Shown piece by piece: positions 44,515 through 54,789 of a stretch of DNA of 54,789 nt; the stretch's first letter is position 1, and each line of letters starts with the position of its first letter. The stretch spans positions 1 through 54,789 of the forward strand of contig CAZKBD010000003.1 of assembly GCA_964550945.1 (NCBI GenBank). Direction: 5' to 3'. The translations under genes were made by a program, and so were the position numbers. A model generated the notes under the pieces. The model did not search any database and had not been told where the DNA came from. It worked only from the letters and a program-made list of their open reading frames with translations. This DNA is from an uncultured Methanosarcinales archaeon. Its GTDB lineage: Archaea > Nanobdellota > Nanobdellia > Woesearchaeales > CAZKBD01.

Positions 44515-45084
44515 ATGTTTATAACAATATGGGAGATATTTGACATATTATTCATGACTTTAGGTATTGGATTTATCTTCTCTGATTATTTCAAAAGAGA
44601 GCCTTTAGAAGGATATGACCCTTTGAAATATTACAGCAAGCCGCCTTGGTGGGAGAATATAAAGTTTGCAGCACTAATTGCTGCTCCAGCTATCGTATTG
44701 CATGAATTGGCCCATAAATTTGTGGCAATGTCATTTGGAGCGCAGGCAACATTGCATGCTCCATACACGATGTATATGGTAGTGATGCTTCTCAAGCTGA
44801 TGAACTTTCCGTTAATATTCTTTGTTGGAGGTTATGTCTCTCATACAGCACTTCCTCACTTGCCTTCTGCTTTAGTTGCAATCGCAGGGCCTTTAATGAA
44901 TTTCTTGATATGGCTGGGAATCTGGCTTGTGGTGAGGTCTAAATTCGTGCACAAAAAATATTATAAAATTCTTGAGCCAATGGCAAAGATAAGCCTGTTT
45001 CTTTGCGTATTTAATTTAATACCAATTCCCGGCTTTGATGGATATAACTTTATAACGAGCGTATTTAAAGCATTTACATCATAG
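44515..45084 (+). CDS. M50 (site-2) intramembrane metalloprotease
   Basis: HELAH, AIAGP and FNLIPIPGFDG motifs. Confidence 0.92.
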   Translation: MFITIWEIFDILFMTLGIGFIFSDYFKREPLEGYDPLKYYSKPPWWENIKFAALIAAPAIVLHELAHKFVAMSFGAQATLHAPYTMYMVVMLLKLMNFPLIFFVGGYVSHTALPHLPSALVAIAGPLMNFLIWLGIWLVVRSKFVHKKYYKILEPMAKISLFLCVFNLIPIPGFDGYNFITSVFKAFTS

Positions 45085-45126
45085 TGGTAAAGAATGTTTT
45101 TATACTCTGATTTTTAAGTAATCCTT

Positions 45127-45396
45127 ATGGGAAAGGCCAAAAAAGCCAAAAAATCAACAAAAACGCCTTATTTGGACAATCTGGCAAAAAAATCCAAGAT
45201 AGAAAGGCAAAAGCTGGCGATACATAGGTTCTATGTTGCTGTTTCAACATTAATAATAGTTATTGCATTAATAATGATAGCGATAAACCCAGCCAACTAT
45301 CTTAACATGATAACCGTGCTTCTCCTAACGTCAATCTTGCTTTTGTCTATAGAGAATATACAGCTGCATAGATTAAAGAAACCGCAAAATTTATAA
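45127..45396 (+). CDS. Small membrane protein
   Basis: Basic N-terminus and 2 TM helices. Confidence 0.65.
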   Translation: MGKAKKAKKSTKTPYLDNLAKKSKIERQKLAIHRFYVAVSTLIIVIALIMIAINPANYLNMITVLLLTSILLLSIENIQLHRLKKPQNL

Positions 45397-45479
45397 ACAA
45401 AATTCTACTTCTTTATGTATGCTAAAAACAAAACGTTTATTAATGACTTATTCTAAAGGCATATCAGGGGTGATAGTTT

Positions 45480-47195
45480 TTGACTAAATATATTGTGATA
45501 GTGGGGGGAGTTATTTCAGGTGTAGGTAAAGGAGTCACTACATCATCTATCGGCAGAATTCTTCAGGAGTATGGCTATAAGGTCACAGCAGTCAAGATTG
45601 ATCCATACATAAATTATGATGCAGGCACATTAAGGCCAACTGAGCACGGCGAAGTATGGGTTACAGATGATGGAGGAGAGATAGACCAGGATCTTGGCAA
45701 TTATGAAAGATTTTTTGGAATTGATATGTCAAAGCGCAATAATATAACCACTGGCCAGGTCTATAAGGAGATAATTGACAATGAAAGAAAAGGAAAATAT
45801 CTAGGCCAGACAGTGCAGTTTATCCCGCACATTCCTGATGAGATAAAACGACGCATTAAAGAGGCAAGTTCAGGATATGATTTTGCTCTTGTTGAAATTG
45901 GCGGAACAGTAGGCGATTTTGAGAATATCCCTTATTTGTTTGCAATGAAGAGCCTTGAGCACCAGGTTGGAAAAGAGAATATAATCTATGTTCTAATAAC
46001 CTATCTTCCGACACCTGCTCATATAGAGGAGATGAAGACCAAGCCAACACAGCAGGCGATAAGGATGCTGAGCGAGAATGGCATCATCCCTGATTTTATC
46101 ATCTGCAGAGCAACCAAAGCTTTAGATTCAGTCAGAAAAAAGAAGATAGAGACTTATGCAAATATTGTTTCTGACCACGTAATTTCAGAGCCTGATATGG
46201 ATACGCTATATTCTATACCTATTGACCTTGAAAAGGAAAAATTAGGCATTAAGATATTAAAGGAATTTAAGCTCAAACCGAGGAAAAATCCGAACTGGAA
46301 GGAGTATAGCAGGCTATTAGCCAGGATAAAAAACCCATCCGGAAGAATAAAGATAGGGATAGTCGGCAAATATGTGGATATCGGCGATTATAGCCTTGCA
46401 GATTCCTATATATCGATCAATCAAGCGCTTGTTCATGCAGGAGCCAAGCTTAATGTGGGTGTTGATATAAACTGGATCGATTCAAAAAGATTCGAGAAAA
46501 ATGGCAGTGAGCTTAAGATGTTAAAGGAGTTTAATGGCATTATAATACCAGGCGGTTTTGGCTCTTCTGGAGTTGAAGGAAAGATAAAGGTTATCCAATA
46601 TGTCAGAGAGCATAACATACCTTTTTTAGGCCTTTGCTATGGAATGCAGCTTGCTGTTGTTGAATTTGCAAGAAATTTGTGCGGATTTAATGATGCAAAT
46701 ACGACTGAGGTTAATAAAGACACAAAATACCCAGTAATAGACATATTGCCTTCACAAAAAAAGATTATGGATGAAGGCCAGTATGGAGCAACCATGCGCT
46801 TAGGAGCTTATGCAGCAATGTTGAATAAGGATACAAAAGTGTATAAGCTGTATAAAGAATCAACACGAATAAAAGAGGATGCCAAAAGAATCAGTTTATT
46901 GAGAAGCCAGTTCAGGCTGGGGAGATTGGAAAAGAATAAGCCAGTAATATTAGAACGGCACAGGCACCGTTACGAGGTAAATCCAAAATTTGTTGATGTT
47001 CTCGAGAAAAAAGGCATGGTATTTTCAGGTTATCATATAAGAAATGATGGCACTAAACTGATGGAGTTCATTGAGCTGCCATGGCATAAATTCTTTATAG
47101 CCACACAAGGCCACCCAGAGTTCAAAAGCAGGCTTGAAAAACCCTCTCCTTTATTCTATGGTTTTATTAAAGCAGCTATAAACAAAAAATCATAG
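45480..47195 (+). CDS. pyrG: CTP synthase
   Basis: GGVISGVGKG, KIDPYIN, KTKPTQ, GLCYGMQ, ERHRHRYE, QGHPEF; TTG start after GGGGTGA. Confidence 0.97.
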   Translation: MTKYIVIVGGVISGVGKGVTTSSIGRILQEYGYKVTAVKIDPYINYDAGTLRPTEHGEVWVTDDGGEIDQDLGNYERFFGIDMSKRNNITTGQVYKEIIDNERKGKYLGQTVQFIPHIPDEIKRRIKEASSGYDFALVEIGGTVGDFENIPYLFAMKSLEHQVGKENIIYVLITYLPTPAHIEEMKTKPTQQAIRMLSENGIIPDFIICRATKALDSVRKKKIETYANIVSDHVISEPDMDTLYSIPIDLEKEKLGIKILKEFKLKPRKNPNWKEYSRLLARIKNPSGRIKIGIVGKYVDIGDYSLADSYISINQALVHAGAKLNVGVDINWIDSKRFEKNGSELKMLKEFNGIIIPGGFGSSGVEGKIKVIQYVREHNIPFLGLCYGMQLAVVEFARNLCGFNDANTTEVNKDTKYPVIDILPSQKKIMDEGQYGATMRLGAYAAMLNKDTKVYKLYKESTRIKEDAKRISLLRSQFRLGRLEKNKPVILERHRHRYEVNPKFVDVLEKKGMVFSGYHIRNDGTKLMEFIELPWHKFFIATQGHPEFKSRLEKPSPLFYGFIKAAINKKS

Positions 47196-47203
47196 TACAA
47201 AAT

Positions 47204-48502
47204 TTATTCAGCGTATATTAGAACTTCACTTAAGTTTAAAATCTTAATATCCCCCATAGGAATCTCTGGTTTATATGCCAGCGAAAGGCCGCACACCTTA
47301 AATAGGCAGTGATCAGATTTGCCATCAGCCACTCCAATGCATTCTTCTGGCTTTACATTCAATTTTTTCATAAGCTCTTTTGCAGCATCAGCTTTACAAA
47401 TAATCTTATCACAGCATTTAGAGTAGTATTTTGTTTTTGCAATAACCTCACCAGTAAATACATTATTCTTATCTTCAACTAGGATAGGGCATACAATGTT
47501 CTCTTTTTTTATGCCTATCTTTTCAGCAAAAAATTCTTCAATAGGTGAAAACGCAAGAGAAATAATTGCCAGTTCATACATTCTTTTTTTTAGTCTCTCC
47601 ACAACTTTAAGGGTTGTTCTCCTTAAATTAATATGCGGGTAAACTTTTTCAAAGTCCTTTTTTGTTTTTCCTTTGATAAGGCGCGCGAGAGCTAGCGTTA
47701 TCTCCCAGTCTTTTATCTTCTTGTTTTTATAATCCCTTTGCAATTTTTTAAGCTCCTTCTCAAACCCAAATTCTTTACTAATGATCTCTATGCTGCTTTC
47801 TCTTATCAGAGTCTTATCAAAATCAAATATGACAAGCTTATGCTTGTTTGCGATTACTCCCAGTTCAGATAGGATTGTTTTTATAACCTCTTCAGACATA
47901 ACTGCAAGATTCTCAATAGGTTGTTTTTTATGGATTAATCTGCCAATGTCAACTTCTGCAATTCTGGCTCCTTTTTTTATCATCTGAATAAGTATTTGGA
48001 TATCTACCCCCCACTTATCATCAATCTTAAGCTCATTCATAAGTTTTCTTTTGACAGCGAATTGGCCACTCAATGGCTGTTTAAAATCAACGAATGGAAA
48101 TACCACTCTGAACAATGGCTTTACAACAAGCTCAGTAACCCTCCCTCTTTTTCTTCGGAAAGAAGTTTTAACAAAGTCAGCCTCATCATTTCTTAATGGC
48201 TGTATTATAGAAGCAATCTTTTTTGGAGAGATATTATATAGATCTGCATCAATGAACAGAATTATGTCTCCATGCGCATGTTTGCACCCTGTTTTTATTG
48301 CTGCGCCTTTACCTTTATTTGTTTCATGCCTTATTACCTTGACGCCTTTTAATTTTGCATTTTTGTAAGTGGCATCTGTTGAGCCATCATCTACAACTAT
48401 AATCTCATCTATAGTTTCCACTTTCTTTACCACCTTGAGGACATTCTTTATTGTGGAGCTTTCATTAAATGCAGGGATAACACAGCTTACTTTTATCTTC
48501 AT
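47204..48502 (-). CDS. GT2/GpgS-like glycosyltransferase fused to a SerB-like HAD phosphatase
   Basis: IPAFNE, VDDGSTD, FIDAD, GRVTELVVKPL, QPLSGQFA; C-terminal FDFDKTL...K...DGKSD. Confidence 0.85.
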   Translation of the reverse strand: MKIKVSCVIPAFNESSTIKNVLKVVKKVETIDEIIVVDDGSTDATYKNAKLKGVKVIRHETNKGKGAAIKTGCKHAHGDIILFIDADLYNISPKKIASIIQPLRNDEADFVKTSFRRKRGRVTELVVKPLFRVVFPFVDFKQPLSGQFAVKRKLMNELKIDDKWGVDIQILIQMIKKGARIAEVDIGRLIHKKQPIENLAVMSEEVIKTILSELGVIANKHKLVIFDFDKTLIRESSIEIISKEFGFEKELKKLQRDYKNKKIKDWEITLALARLIKGKTKKDFEKVYPHINLRRTTLKVVERLKKRMYELAIISLAFSPIEEFFAEKIGIKKENIVCPILVEDKNNVFTGEVIAKTKYYSKCCDKIICKADAAKELMKKLNVKPEECIGVADGKSDHCLFKVCGLSLAYKPEIPMGDIKILNLSEVLIYAE

Positions 48503-48554
48503 AATAAGGTTAAAAATATAAAGAGTATATATAATTTTTTATTATCACTTTTAA

Positions 48555-49581
48555 TCAAGCCTTGGCTAACTTAACTTTTTCTTGTTCACAATACGCATCA
48601 AAAGGAGACCAGTTAATAACAAACTCACGAAATATTCGTGAGACATCANNNNNNNNNNTAGGACATATAATGGTCAAAAAATCTCCGTTTGAATTCTGCA
48701 AGTATATTCCTTAATTGAGAATCATTCTCTACATATAACTCCAAACTAAGATCATATTTCCCTAACATCTCATAAGCAAAGATACATGTATTGGTGGTAT
48801 CAAAAAAGTCTATAACTGCACCGATAATATCAGGATTTTTTAAGTTAATGTCTATCTGAACAAATTCTCTTCCAACCAATTTAAGATTTAATGCAGTGAA
48901 ATAGCCAACAATAATCCCTTTTTGTTCTAATTTTTTTATATGATAGTTTATTACCCTCGGATCTTTTTTGATAGTTTGCGCCAAATCAGTAAGTTTCATG
49001 CGGGCGTTTACAGAGAGCAGCTTAATAACCTTTAAGTCTATGCTATCAAGCCCGTATTCGTTAGTTTTACCTTGATAAAAAACTATCTTTTCAGTTTTCC
49101 CTGGAAATAAAACTTTTTGATTTAATTTATAGCTTGTAATAATATTATGCATGCTTTTTTCCATTATATAGTCTCCAAAATGCTTACTAAACTTATGTAA
49201 AAATTCTTTAAGTTCGTTGAGGTGCCTATGCATACTGACAAAACAGAGGTCATAAGTACCTTCCATTATTCTAAGATTTGCACAGCTTTTCTCGTTTCTA
49301 ATATACTTAATTGTCTTTTCTTCAATCTCAGGGGTTATTTTATTGAGCTTAAAGAATATCCTATAATATTGGTATCCAAAACGTGAAGCATTGATTATTG
49401 CGTAGAAGCGCTCAATATACCCTTTTTTTAATAAGCGCTTTATTCGAAAATTTACAGTTTCCTTTGGCAAACGTATCTTTTTTGCTATACTTGAGGCTGA
49501 AGCGCGTGCATTAATGCCTAATTCAAACATTATCTTCCTATCATAAACATCCATTTCTTTGGCATTTTCCAATTTTTTCAT
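48555..49581 (-). CDS. Tandem Lrp/AsnC family regulator (spans a 10-N gap)
   Basis: Two HTH+RAM units; after the gap the frame continues DVSRIFREFVINWSPFDAYCEQEKVKLAKA*. Confidence 0.88.
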
Positions 49582-49677
49582 GGTTTTATTAACAATTATC
49601 CAAAAATTATTTATAAAAGTTTCGTTTTTTGCAAAAAAATAGTAATATATTTTAATTATACCCTCACTATATCCTTT

Positions 49678-49965
49678 ATGAATAACAGGGAAATGAATAT
49701 AACTAAAGAAATAACTGGAGATATTGCACTAATTTTAGGCTTGATTAGTATTTCATTAATTATTATCCCTTATTTTGGTTTTCAAGAATTTCTTGGAGAA
49801 ACTAAAAATACAATTCTTTCATTATTATTGGGCATTATAGGTTTAGTTCTTTCAAAAGTCCAATCTAAAATTTTTGTGGATGATGTGTCAAAAACAGCTT
49901 TAGGGTTAAATCTAGCAGGAATAATCATTGCAACAATAAACGGGGTAGTTATTTTTATAAAATAG
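49678..49965 (+). CDS. Small membrane protein (3 TM)
   Basis: Hydrophobic helices. Confidence 0.7.
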   Translation: MNNREMNITKEITGDIALILGLISISLIIIPYFGFQEFLGETKNTILSLLLGIIGLVLSKVQSKIFVDDVSKTALGLNLAGIIIATINGVVIFIK

Positions 49966-50080
49966 GCTTTTGATTTTTAGGTAAGATTATCCTATAAATG
50001 GGGCGATTAGATTAAACTTATTACAATTTAAGTGCACCAAAAATCTGTTGCGCACTCTTTTTAGGAGGTGAAAAAATTAA

Positions 50081-51097
50081 ATGATAAACACAGATATCCT
50101 GATTTTTGCAGTAGTACTCGCAATATCAATTGGCATAGCCAAATTAGCTGGCTTCATTTTAGATAAATATATTAAGAGGATTACACAAAAAACAAAGACA
50201 GATATTGATGATAAGCTCTTAGCAGCTTCAAAAAAACCATTAATAGGTTTAATTATTCTTGTTGGTTTTTATTTTTCTCTATGGCAGGTCGATTATATAC
50301 GGCAAAACATCCACATTATGAATAAAATCTTCTTTATTTTAGGTGTAATATGGTTTGTGTTTGTTCTAAACCGCATAGCAAGAGTTATCATGGAAAAATG
50401 GCTATCCGTAAATCCAAATTTCCAGAATATGCCTAAGCTTGTTATAAAAGTAGTAAATGTTTTTGTTTATTTTATTGGGCTAATTATTATATTAAATCAC
50501 TTTAATGTAGAAATAACCCCCTTAGTAGCGACTTTGGGCATTGGCGGAATTGCTATTGGCTTTGCTTTGCAGGACACTTTGTCAAATTTCTTTGCAGGAC
50601 TGCATATTATTTCTGACAAGCCCATAAATATTGGGGATTTTGTTGAATTGGAGGGGAGCATAAGCGGCTATGTAGAAGACGTCGGCTGGCGCTCAACAAG
50701 AATAATAACCTTGCCGAATACGTTAGTTATAGTGCCAAACTCAAAAATAGCATCCACCATTATAACAAACGATTCTTTGCCAGTTCCAGAAATGGGTGTA
50801 GTGATACAATGCGGTGTAGCATATACCTCAGATTTAGACCAGGTTGAAAAGGTGACTATAGAAACAGCTAAAAAAATACAAAAAACAATAGCCGGTGCTG
50901 TAAAAGAATTTGGACCTTTTATAAGGTATCACACATTTGGGGATTCAAATATAAATTTTTCAATTATTCTAAGAGTTGAGACATTTGTGGATAAATACTT
51001 AGTAACTCACGAATTTGTAAAAGCATTAAAAAAAGCATATGACAAAGAAGGCATTGAGATTTCATGGCCTGTAAGAAAGGTATATTATGCTAAATGA
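50081..51097 (+). CDS. mscS: Small-conductance mechanosensitive channel
   Basis: LGIGGIAIGFALQDTLSNFFAG, GDFV, WRSTRI, VPNS and ISWP motifs. Confidence 0.95.
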   Translation: MINTDILIFAVVLAISIGIAKLAGFILDKYIKRITQKTKTDIDDKLLAASKKPLIGLIILVGFYFSLWQVDYIRQNIHIMNKIFFILGVIWFVFVLNRIARVIMEKWLSVNPNFQNMPKLVIKVVNVFVYFIGLIIILNHFNVEITPLVATLGIGGIAIGFALQDTLSNFFAGLHIISDKPINIGDFVELEGSISGYVEDVGWRSTRIITLPNTLVIVPNSKIASTIITNDSLPVPEMGVVIQCGVAYTSDLDQVEKVTIETAKKIQKTIAGAVKEFGPFIRYHTFGDSNINFSIILRVETFVDKYLVTHEFVKALKKAYDKEGIEISWPVRKVYYAK

Positions 51098-51136
51098 TAA
51101 GTATGGATTTTAATAAAAATATCAGGAGGTGAAAAA

Positions 51137-51328
51137 ATGGTAGAGGAACAAAATGCGAAGCTCTCTGCGGAACAGCAACAACAATCTGAGAAAGAGAAAC
51201 CTCAAGAGCAAAAACAGCATGAAAAGAAGAAACCACAACAAGAGCAGGAACAAGAAGGAAGTAAAGAGGGATCAGCCGAAGAAAAAAAAGAAGAAAGCAC
51301 AGAACAGAAACCGGTTGAGAGTCAATAA
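51137..51328 (+). CDS. Small E/Q/K-rich low-complexity protein
   Basis: Strong SD AGGAGGTGA before the ATG; composition suggests a disordered protein. Confidence 0.55.
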   Translation: MVEEQNAKLSAEQQQQSEKEKPQEQKQHEKKKPQQEQEQEGSKEGSAEEKKEESTEQKPVESQ

Positions 51329-51624
51329 GAAGAAAAATCTTCTCTTCTTTTTTATTTCCCACACTTTTGGCATGAAAAGATATACATGAACAGGAAGCAC
51401 TTTAAAAATAGAGATTAGGAGATATTGCAGTAGAACCATCATCAACAATGATTTGATCTATTACCTTAACCTTTTTTACATTTCTGATTAAATTGATACG
51501 TCAGAAATCGCTAATGCATTTGTCCCTGCCGCATTTGCCGCTTATAGATTGCCCTCATTTCAACCAAAATATTCAGATAGCTATCAAAACATTTTTATAC
51601 AAACACATTAAGCAAAATAATACA

Positions 51625-52830
51625 ATGGACTTTTTAACAGCATCCCTGATGGTTAGCGTAATAATCTTTTTTGGATTTTTTGCTGAATTCTTATTTTATA
51701 AGTTTAAGATACCAGATGTTTTATTATTAATCATCTTTGGATTTTTATTAGGCCCTTACGTGTTCAGATATATTGCTCCAAACTCGCTTGAGTTTATTGC
51801 TCCGTTCTTCACGACATTTGCGCTCCTTTTTTTATTGTTTGATGGCGCGTTTAACATGGATTTAGTATCCTTTTTTAAAGGATTGGGTAAGGGCTTGTTT
51901 GTTACTATCTACAATTTTGTCCTATCTTCACTAGCAATCACCATAATCTTAATCCTATTTAGATTTGACTGGGTATACGCTCTGCTTGTTGGATTTATTC
52001 TTGGAGGTATATCTTCTGCATTTGTTATACCAGTAATCAAAAAATTGAATATCACAAAAGAAACATATTCTATACTCACTTTAGAATCTGCAATAACAGA
52101 TGTGCTGTGCATAGTGTTTGCGCTTACTATGATTGAAATAATAAAATTAAATGCACTTAGCTTTAATCTAATTGTAAGTAACTTGGCAGCACTATTTGCT
52201 GTGGCAGCTTTCTTTGGAGTTATTGCAGGCATTCTATGGATAGTATTAATAAGCAAAGTTTTGAAGAAAAATAAGTTTTATATGCTGACTATTGCATATC
52301 TGCTTCTCATATTCACCGTCACAGAATACCTGCATGGCAATGGGGCAATAGCAACCTTATTTTTTGGCTTAGTTTTGCGGAATTCAAAAAAATTGACTTC
52401 TCTGCTGAAAGGAGAAAATTCTATATCTGTTACTTCACCTACAGAGCAACTATTTTATTCACAAATATCCTTCTTTTTGAAGACATTCTTTTTTGTATAT
52501 ATAGGAATCCTATTGGATTTTTCGAATTTAAAGGCTTTGGTAATTGGCGGAATAATAGCTATTGCAGTAATGCTATTAAGAAACACCGATTCCATTCTAA
52601 CAAAAAATTTCCTGCCATACGATAGAAAAATAATCAACTCTATTTTTGCAAGAGGACTTGCTGCAGCTGTCCTAGCCCAATTGGCAATACAGCATAATCT
52701 GCCGAATGCAGATCTGATAGTGAAGATTACAATTGCCGTTATAATGTTCACTGTGATATTAAGCTCTGCAAAAATATTATCATCATCTAGAAGACATGTA
52801 AATAAAAAAGGGCATTCTTTTAGCATTTAA
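51625..52830 (+). CDS. Cation:proton antiporter (NhaP/CPA1-like)
   Basis: IPDVLLL, LLFDG, LESAITD, FFFVYIG and RGLAAAVLA motifs. Confidence 0.92.
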   Translation: MDFLTASLMVSVIIFFGFFAEFLFYKFKIPDVLLLIIFGFLLGPYVFRYIAPNSLEFIAPFFTTFALLFLLFDGAFNMDLVSFFKGLGKGLFVTIYNFVLSSLAITIILILFRFDWVYALLVGFILGGISSAFVIPVIKKLNITKETYSILTLESAITDVLCIVFALTMIEIIKLNALSFNLIVSNLAALFAVAAFFGVIAGILWIVLISKVLKKNKFYMLTIAYLLLIFTVTEYLHGNGAIATLFFGLVLRNSKKLTSLLKGENSISVTSPTEQLFYSQISFFLKTFFFVYIGILLDFSNLKALVIGGIIAIAVMLLRNTDSILTKNFLPYDRKIINSIFARGLAAAVLAQLAIQHNLPNADLIVKITIAVIMFTVILSSAKILSSSRRHVNKKGHSFSI

Positions 52831-52928
52831 CCTCTTTTTTTCAGCAAACACCCGGATTAACACTATCTACAAAGAAATTAACTGATTTTTTCGAAAGAAT
52901 TTTATATAAGCTGCTCTAATCTTTTTTC

Positions 52929-54110
52929 ATGATAGAAGGAGTAATCTCAACCATAGAATTCCAGATGAGCCTTCTTTTATTTGTAGCTCTTGCAGGATAC
53001 CTTCTTGCTTCTAAAATAAACCAATCAGCAGTTATTGGGGAGATATTAGTAGGATTATTGATAGGCCCTAGCTTGTTAGGCTTGATAACTTATACTGATT
53101 TTGTAAAAAGTGTGGCCCAGTTAGGCGCGATTATCCTGCTTTTTGTTGTTGGCCTAGAGTTCAAATTAAAGGATATAATAAATCTGAAATATGCAGTTAT
53201 AGCATCAATAGGAGTTATTGTTCCGTGGATTGGCGGGTTTTACCTAACAAGATTGTTTGGTTACAGCTTTGGAAGCGCAGTTTTTGTTGGCACAGCTTTA
53301 ACAGCAACAAGCATCGCAATCACTGCAAATGTTTTAAAGGAGATGGGAAAATTGCAAACAGATGCAGCAAAAGCAATTATCGGAGCTGCTGTAATTGATG
53401 ATGTTTTAAGCCTTCTTGCCCTTTCAATCTCTGAGCAGATAGTTACAGGATCATTTTCTTTAGCTACAACATCCGTAATCATCATAAAAGCCATTGCATT
53501 TTTGGCTATAGGCGCTTATATTGGAAACAAATTCTTAAGCAAATTGATTGAGAGGATTGACAGAACACATATTGCAAACAAATTTCCAGAGTTTGTTTTT
53601 ATTTTTGCGATGATGATTGCTTTTTTCTATGCAATGGCTGCAGAATTAATCCAGCTATCGGCAATTGTAGGAGCCTTCATCGCAGGGGTTGCGCTTGAAG
53701 GAGCTATTGTAAAACACGGAAAGGATTACAGAGAGGGTGCAGAGTATCTTCATATTATTTTTGCGTCTATATTTTTTGTTTCACTTGGCATACTTGCGGA
53801 TTTTCATGCGCTGACATCAAGCGTTATATGGTTCCTGATAGCTTTGAGTATTGTTGCAGTGCTCACTAAATTCATAGGTTGCTACCTCCCCGCTAAGCTG
53901 CAAGGAATGTCTCACAAAGATGCTTCCATTGTTGGCTTCGGGATGTCGCCAAGAGGCGAAGTAGCAATGATTATCGCTTTGATAGGGCTAAACAGCGGCT
54001 TAATAAAGCAGGATATTTATGTGGCGCTTGTTTTGATGAGCCTTTTAACAACCATAATCACGCCAATTGCTCTAAGAAACTGGTTTTATAAGAAATCTAG
54101 CCTAAATTAG
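52929..54110 (+). CDS. Cation:proton antiporter (CPA2/NapA-like)
   Basis: GEILVGLLIGP, LLFVVGLE, ATSIAIT, AAVIDD and PRGEV motifs. Confidence 0.93.
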   Translation: MIEGVISTIEFQMSLLLFVALAGYLLASKINQSAVIGEILVGLLIGPSLLGLITYTDFVKSVAQLGAIILLFVVGLEFKLKDIINLKYAVIASIGVIVPWIGGFYLTRLFGYSFGSAVFVGTALTATSIAITANVLKEMGKLQTDAAKAIIGAAVIDDVLSLLALSISEQIVTGSFSLATTSVIIIKAIAFLAIGAYIGNKFLSKLIERIDRTHIANKFPEFVFIFAMMIAFFYAMAAELIQLSAIVGAFIAGVALEGAIVKHGKDYREGAEYLHIIFASIFFVSLGILADFHALTSSVIWFLIALSIVAVLTKFIGCYLPAKLQGMSHKDASIVGFGMSPRGEVAMIIALIGLNSGLIKQDIYVALVLMSLLTTIITPIALRNWFYKKSSLN

Positions 54111-54657
54111 CCCCTAAAACCAAGATTACAAAAATCCCGGCAGTATTCAATAAATAAGAGATAATCGAGAATGCCTTTATTGAAACTGCCTTAGAAGCAG
54201 CCAAAAGTGAAATGCCTATCTCATCTGGAAGAGGAGAGGCAATTATAAAACCTGCTAATACAGGAACCAAATATCTTTTAAATAACTGGGGGGTTTTATT
54301 TTTAGCATATATGACTATTTTTTCTTTTGATAATCTTTCAAACTCGTCTTTAAATGAGGATCTAATAAACTTAAATAGGATCAAATCTCCAGCTAAAGCG
54401 CCAAAACCTGCAATAAAGCCAGCTAACAGGATATTTTGTTCTTTTGCCAATATCAATAAAATAGCTGTTGCTGGAGCTGCTGTAAAACCATATACAAAAA
54501 ACAAACCCGCCAAAAAACTTCCTAAATACCCTAAAGACAGCAAAAAATCATGCAAAGGCAAAAATGTCCTGCCATTGAATAATATGTAGGCTATTACAAA
54601 AGTTAAGGCTAACAAACTAAGTTTAGGGTATTTTATTTTTGAAAATATACTTTTCAC
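54097..54657 (-). CDS. Membrane protein (possibly DedA/VTT-like)
   Basis: Multiple TM helices; FTAAPA and IASPLPDEIG. Confidence 0.7.
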   Translation of the reverse strand: MKSIFSKIKYPKLSLLALTFVIAYILFNGRTFLPLHDFLLSLGYLGSFLAGLFFVYGFTAAPATAILLILAKEQNILLAGFIAGFGALAGDLILFKFIRSSFKDEFERLSKEKIVIYAKNKTPQLFKRYLVPVLAGFIIASPLPDEIGISLLAASKAVSIKAFSIISYLLNTAGIFVILVLGANLG

Positions 54658-54789
54658 AGAGTTATTTATTGAATAAGTAGTTTATATAGATATCTTTTTT
54701 GATATTTTACTGCAAATAATGCATTGCCTATAGTAAACTTTATTAATAAATCGCTATTTTTGAGCAATATGGAAGATAATTACCCAAAT

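Overview
A 54.8-kb, AT-rich archaeal chromosome segment. The archaeal informational genes, compact operons and gene set suggest a DPANN (Woesearchaeota-like) organism; this is inferred. Core genes: the rps13-rps4-rps11-rpoD-tRNA-Leu-rpl18e-rpl13-rps9-rpoN cluster, leuS, lemA-htpX, a minD operon, nac, Sec61beta, RNase P RNA, lgt, iscS/iscU, a thiI-like gene, ABCE1, a MacB-type ABC operon, pyrG and an ion/osmotic cluster. Small accessory cassettes lie between them: a free-standing LAGLIDADG-like gene, a convergent toxin/antitoxin pair, an HNH nuclease, an M23 peptidase, an MNT+RelE-like pair, and restriction-modification and BRO-N remnants. There are three tRNAs, two with non-canonical BHB-type introns (Leu 29/30, His 59/60). 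The most striking unexplained signal is a dispersed family of short palindromic elements. One form is a double-hairpin scaffold, GTCAGAAA..TTTCTGAGCATGCTCAAAAA..TTTTTGAC, with variable nested loops. The other is a set of GNA-triloop/tandem-GA hairpins. They sit at accessory-gene borders, on gene 3' ends, inside a tRNA intron and possibly in RNase P RNA. No CRISPR array, rRNA or transposase was seen. All protein calls come from motif recognition by eye, not database searches.
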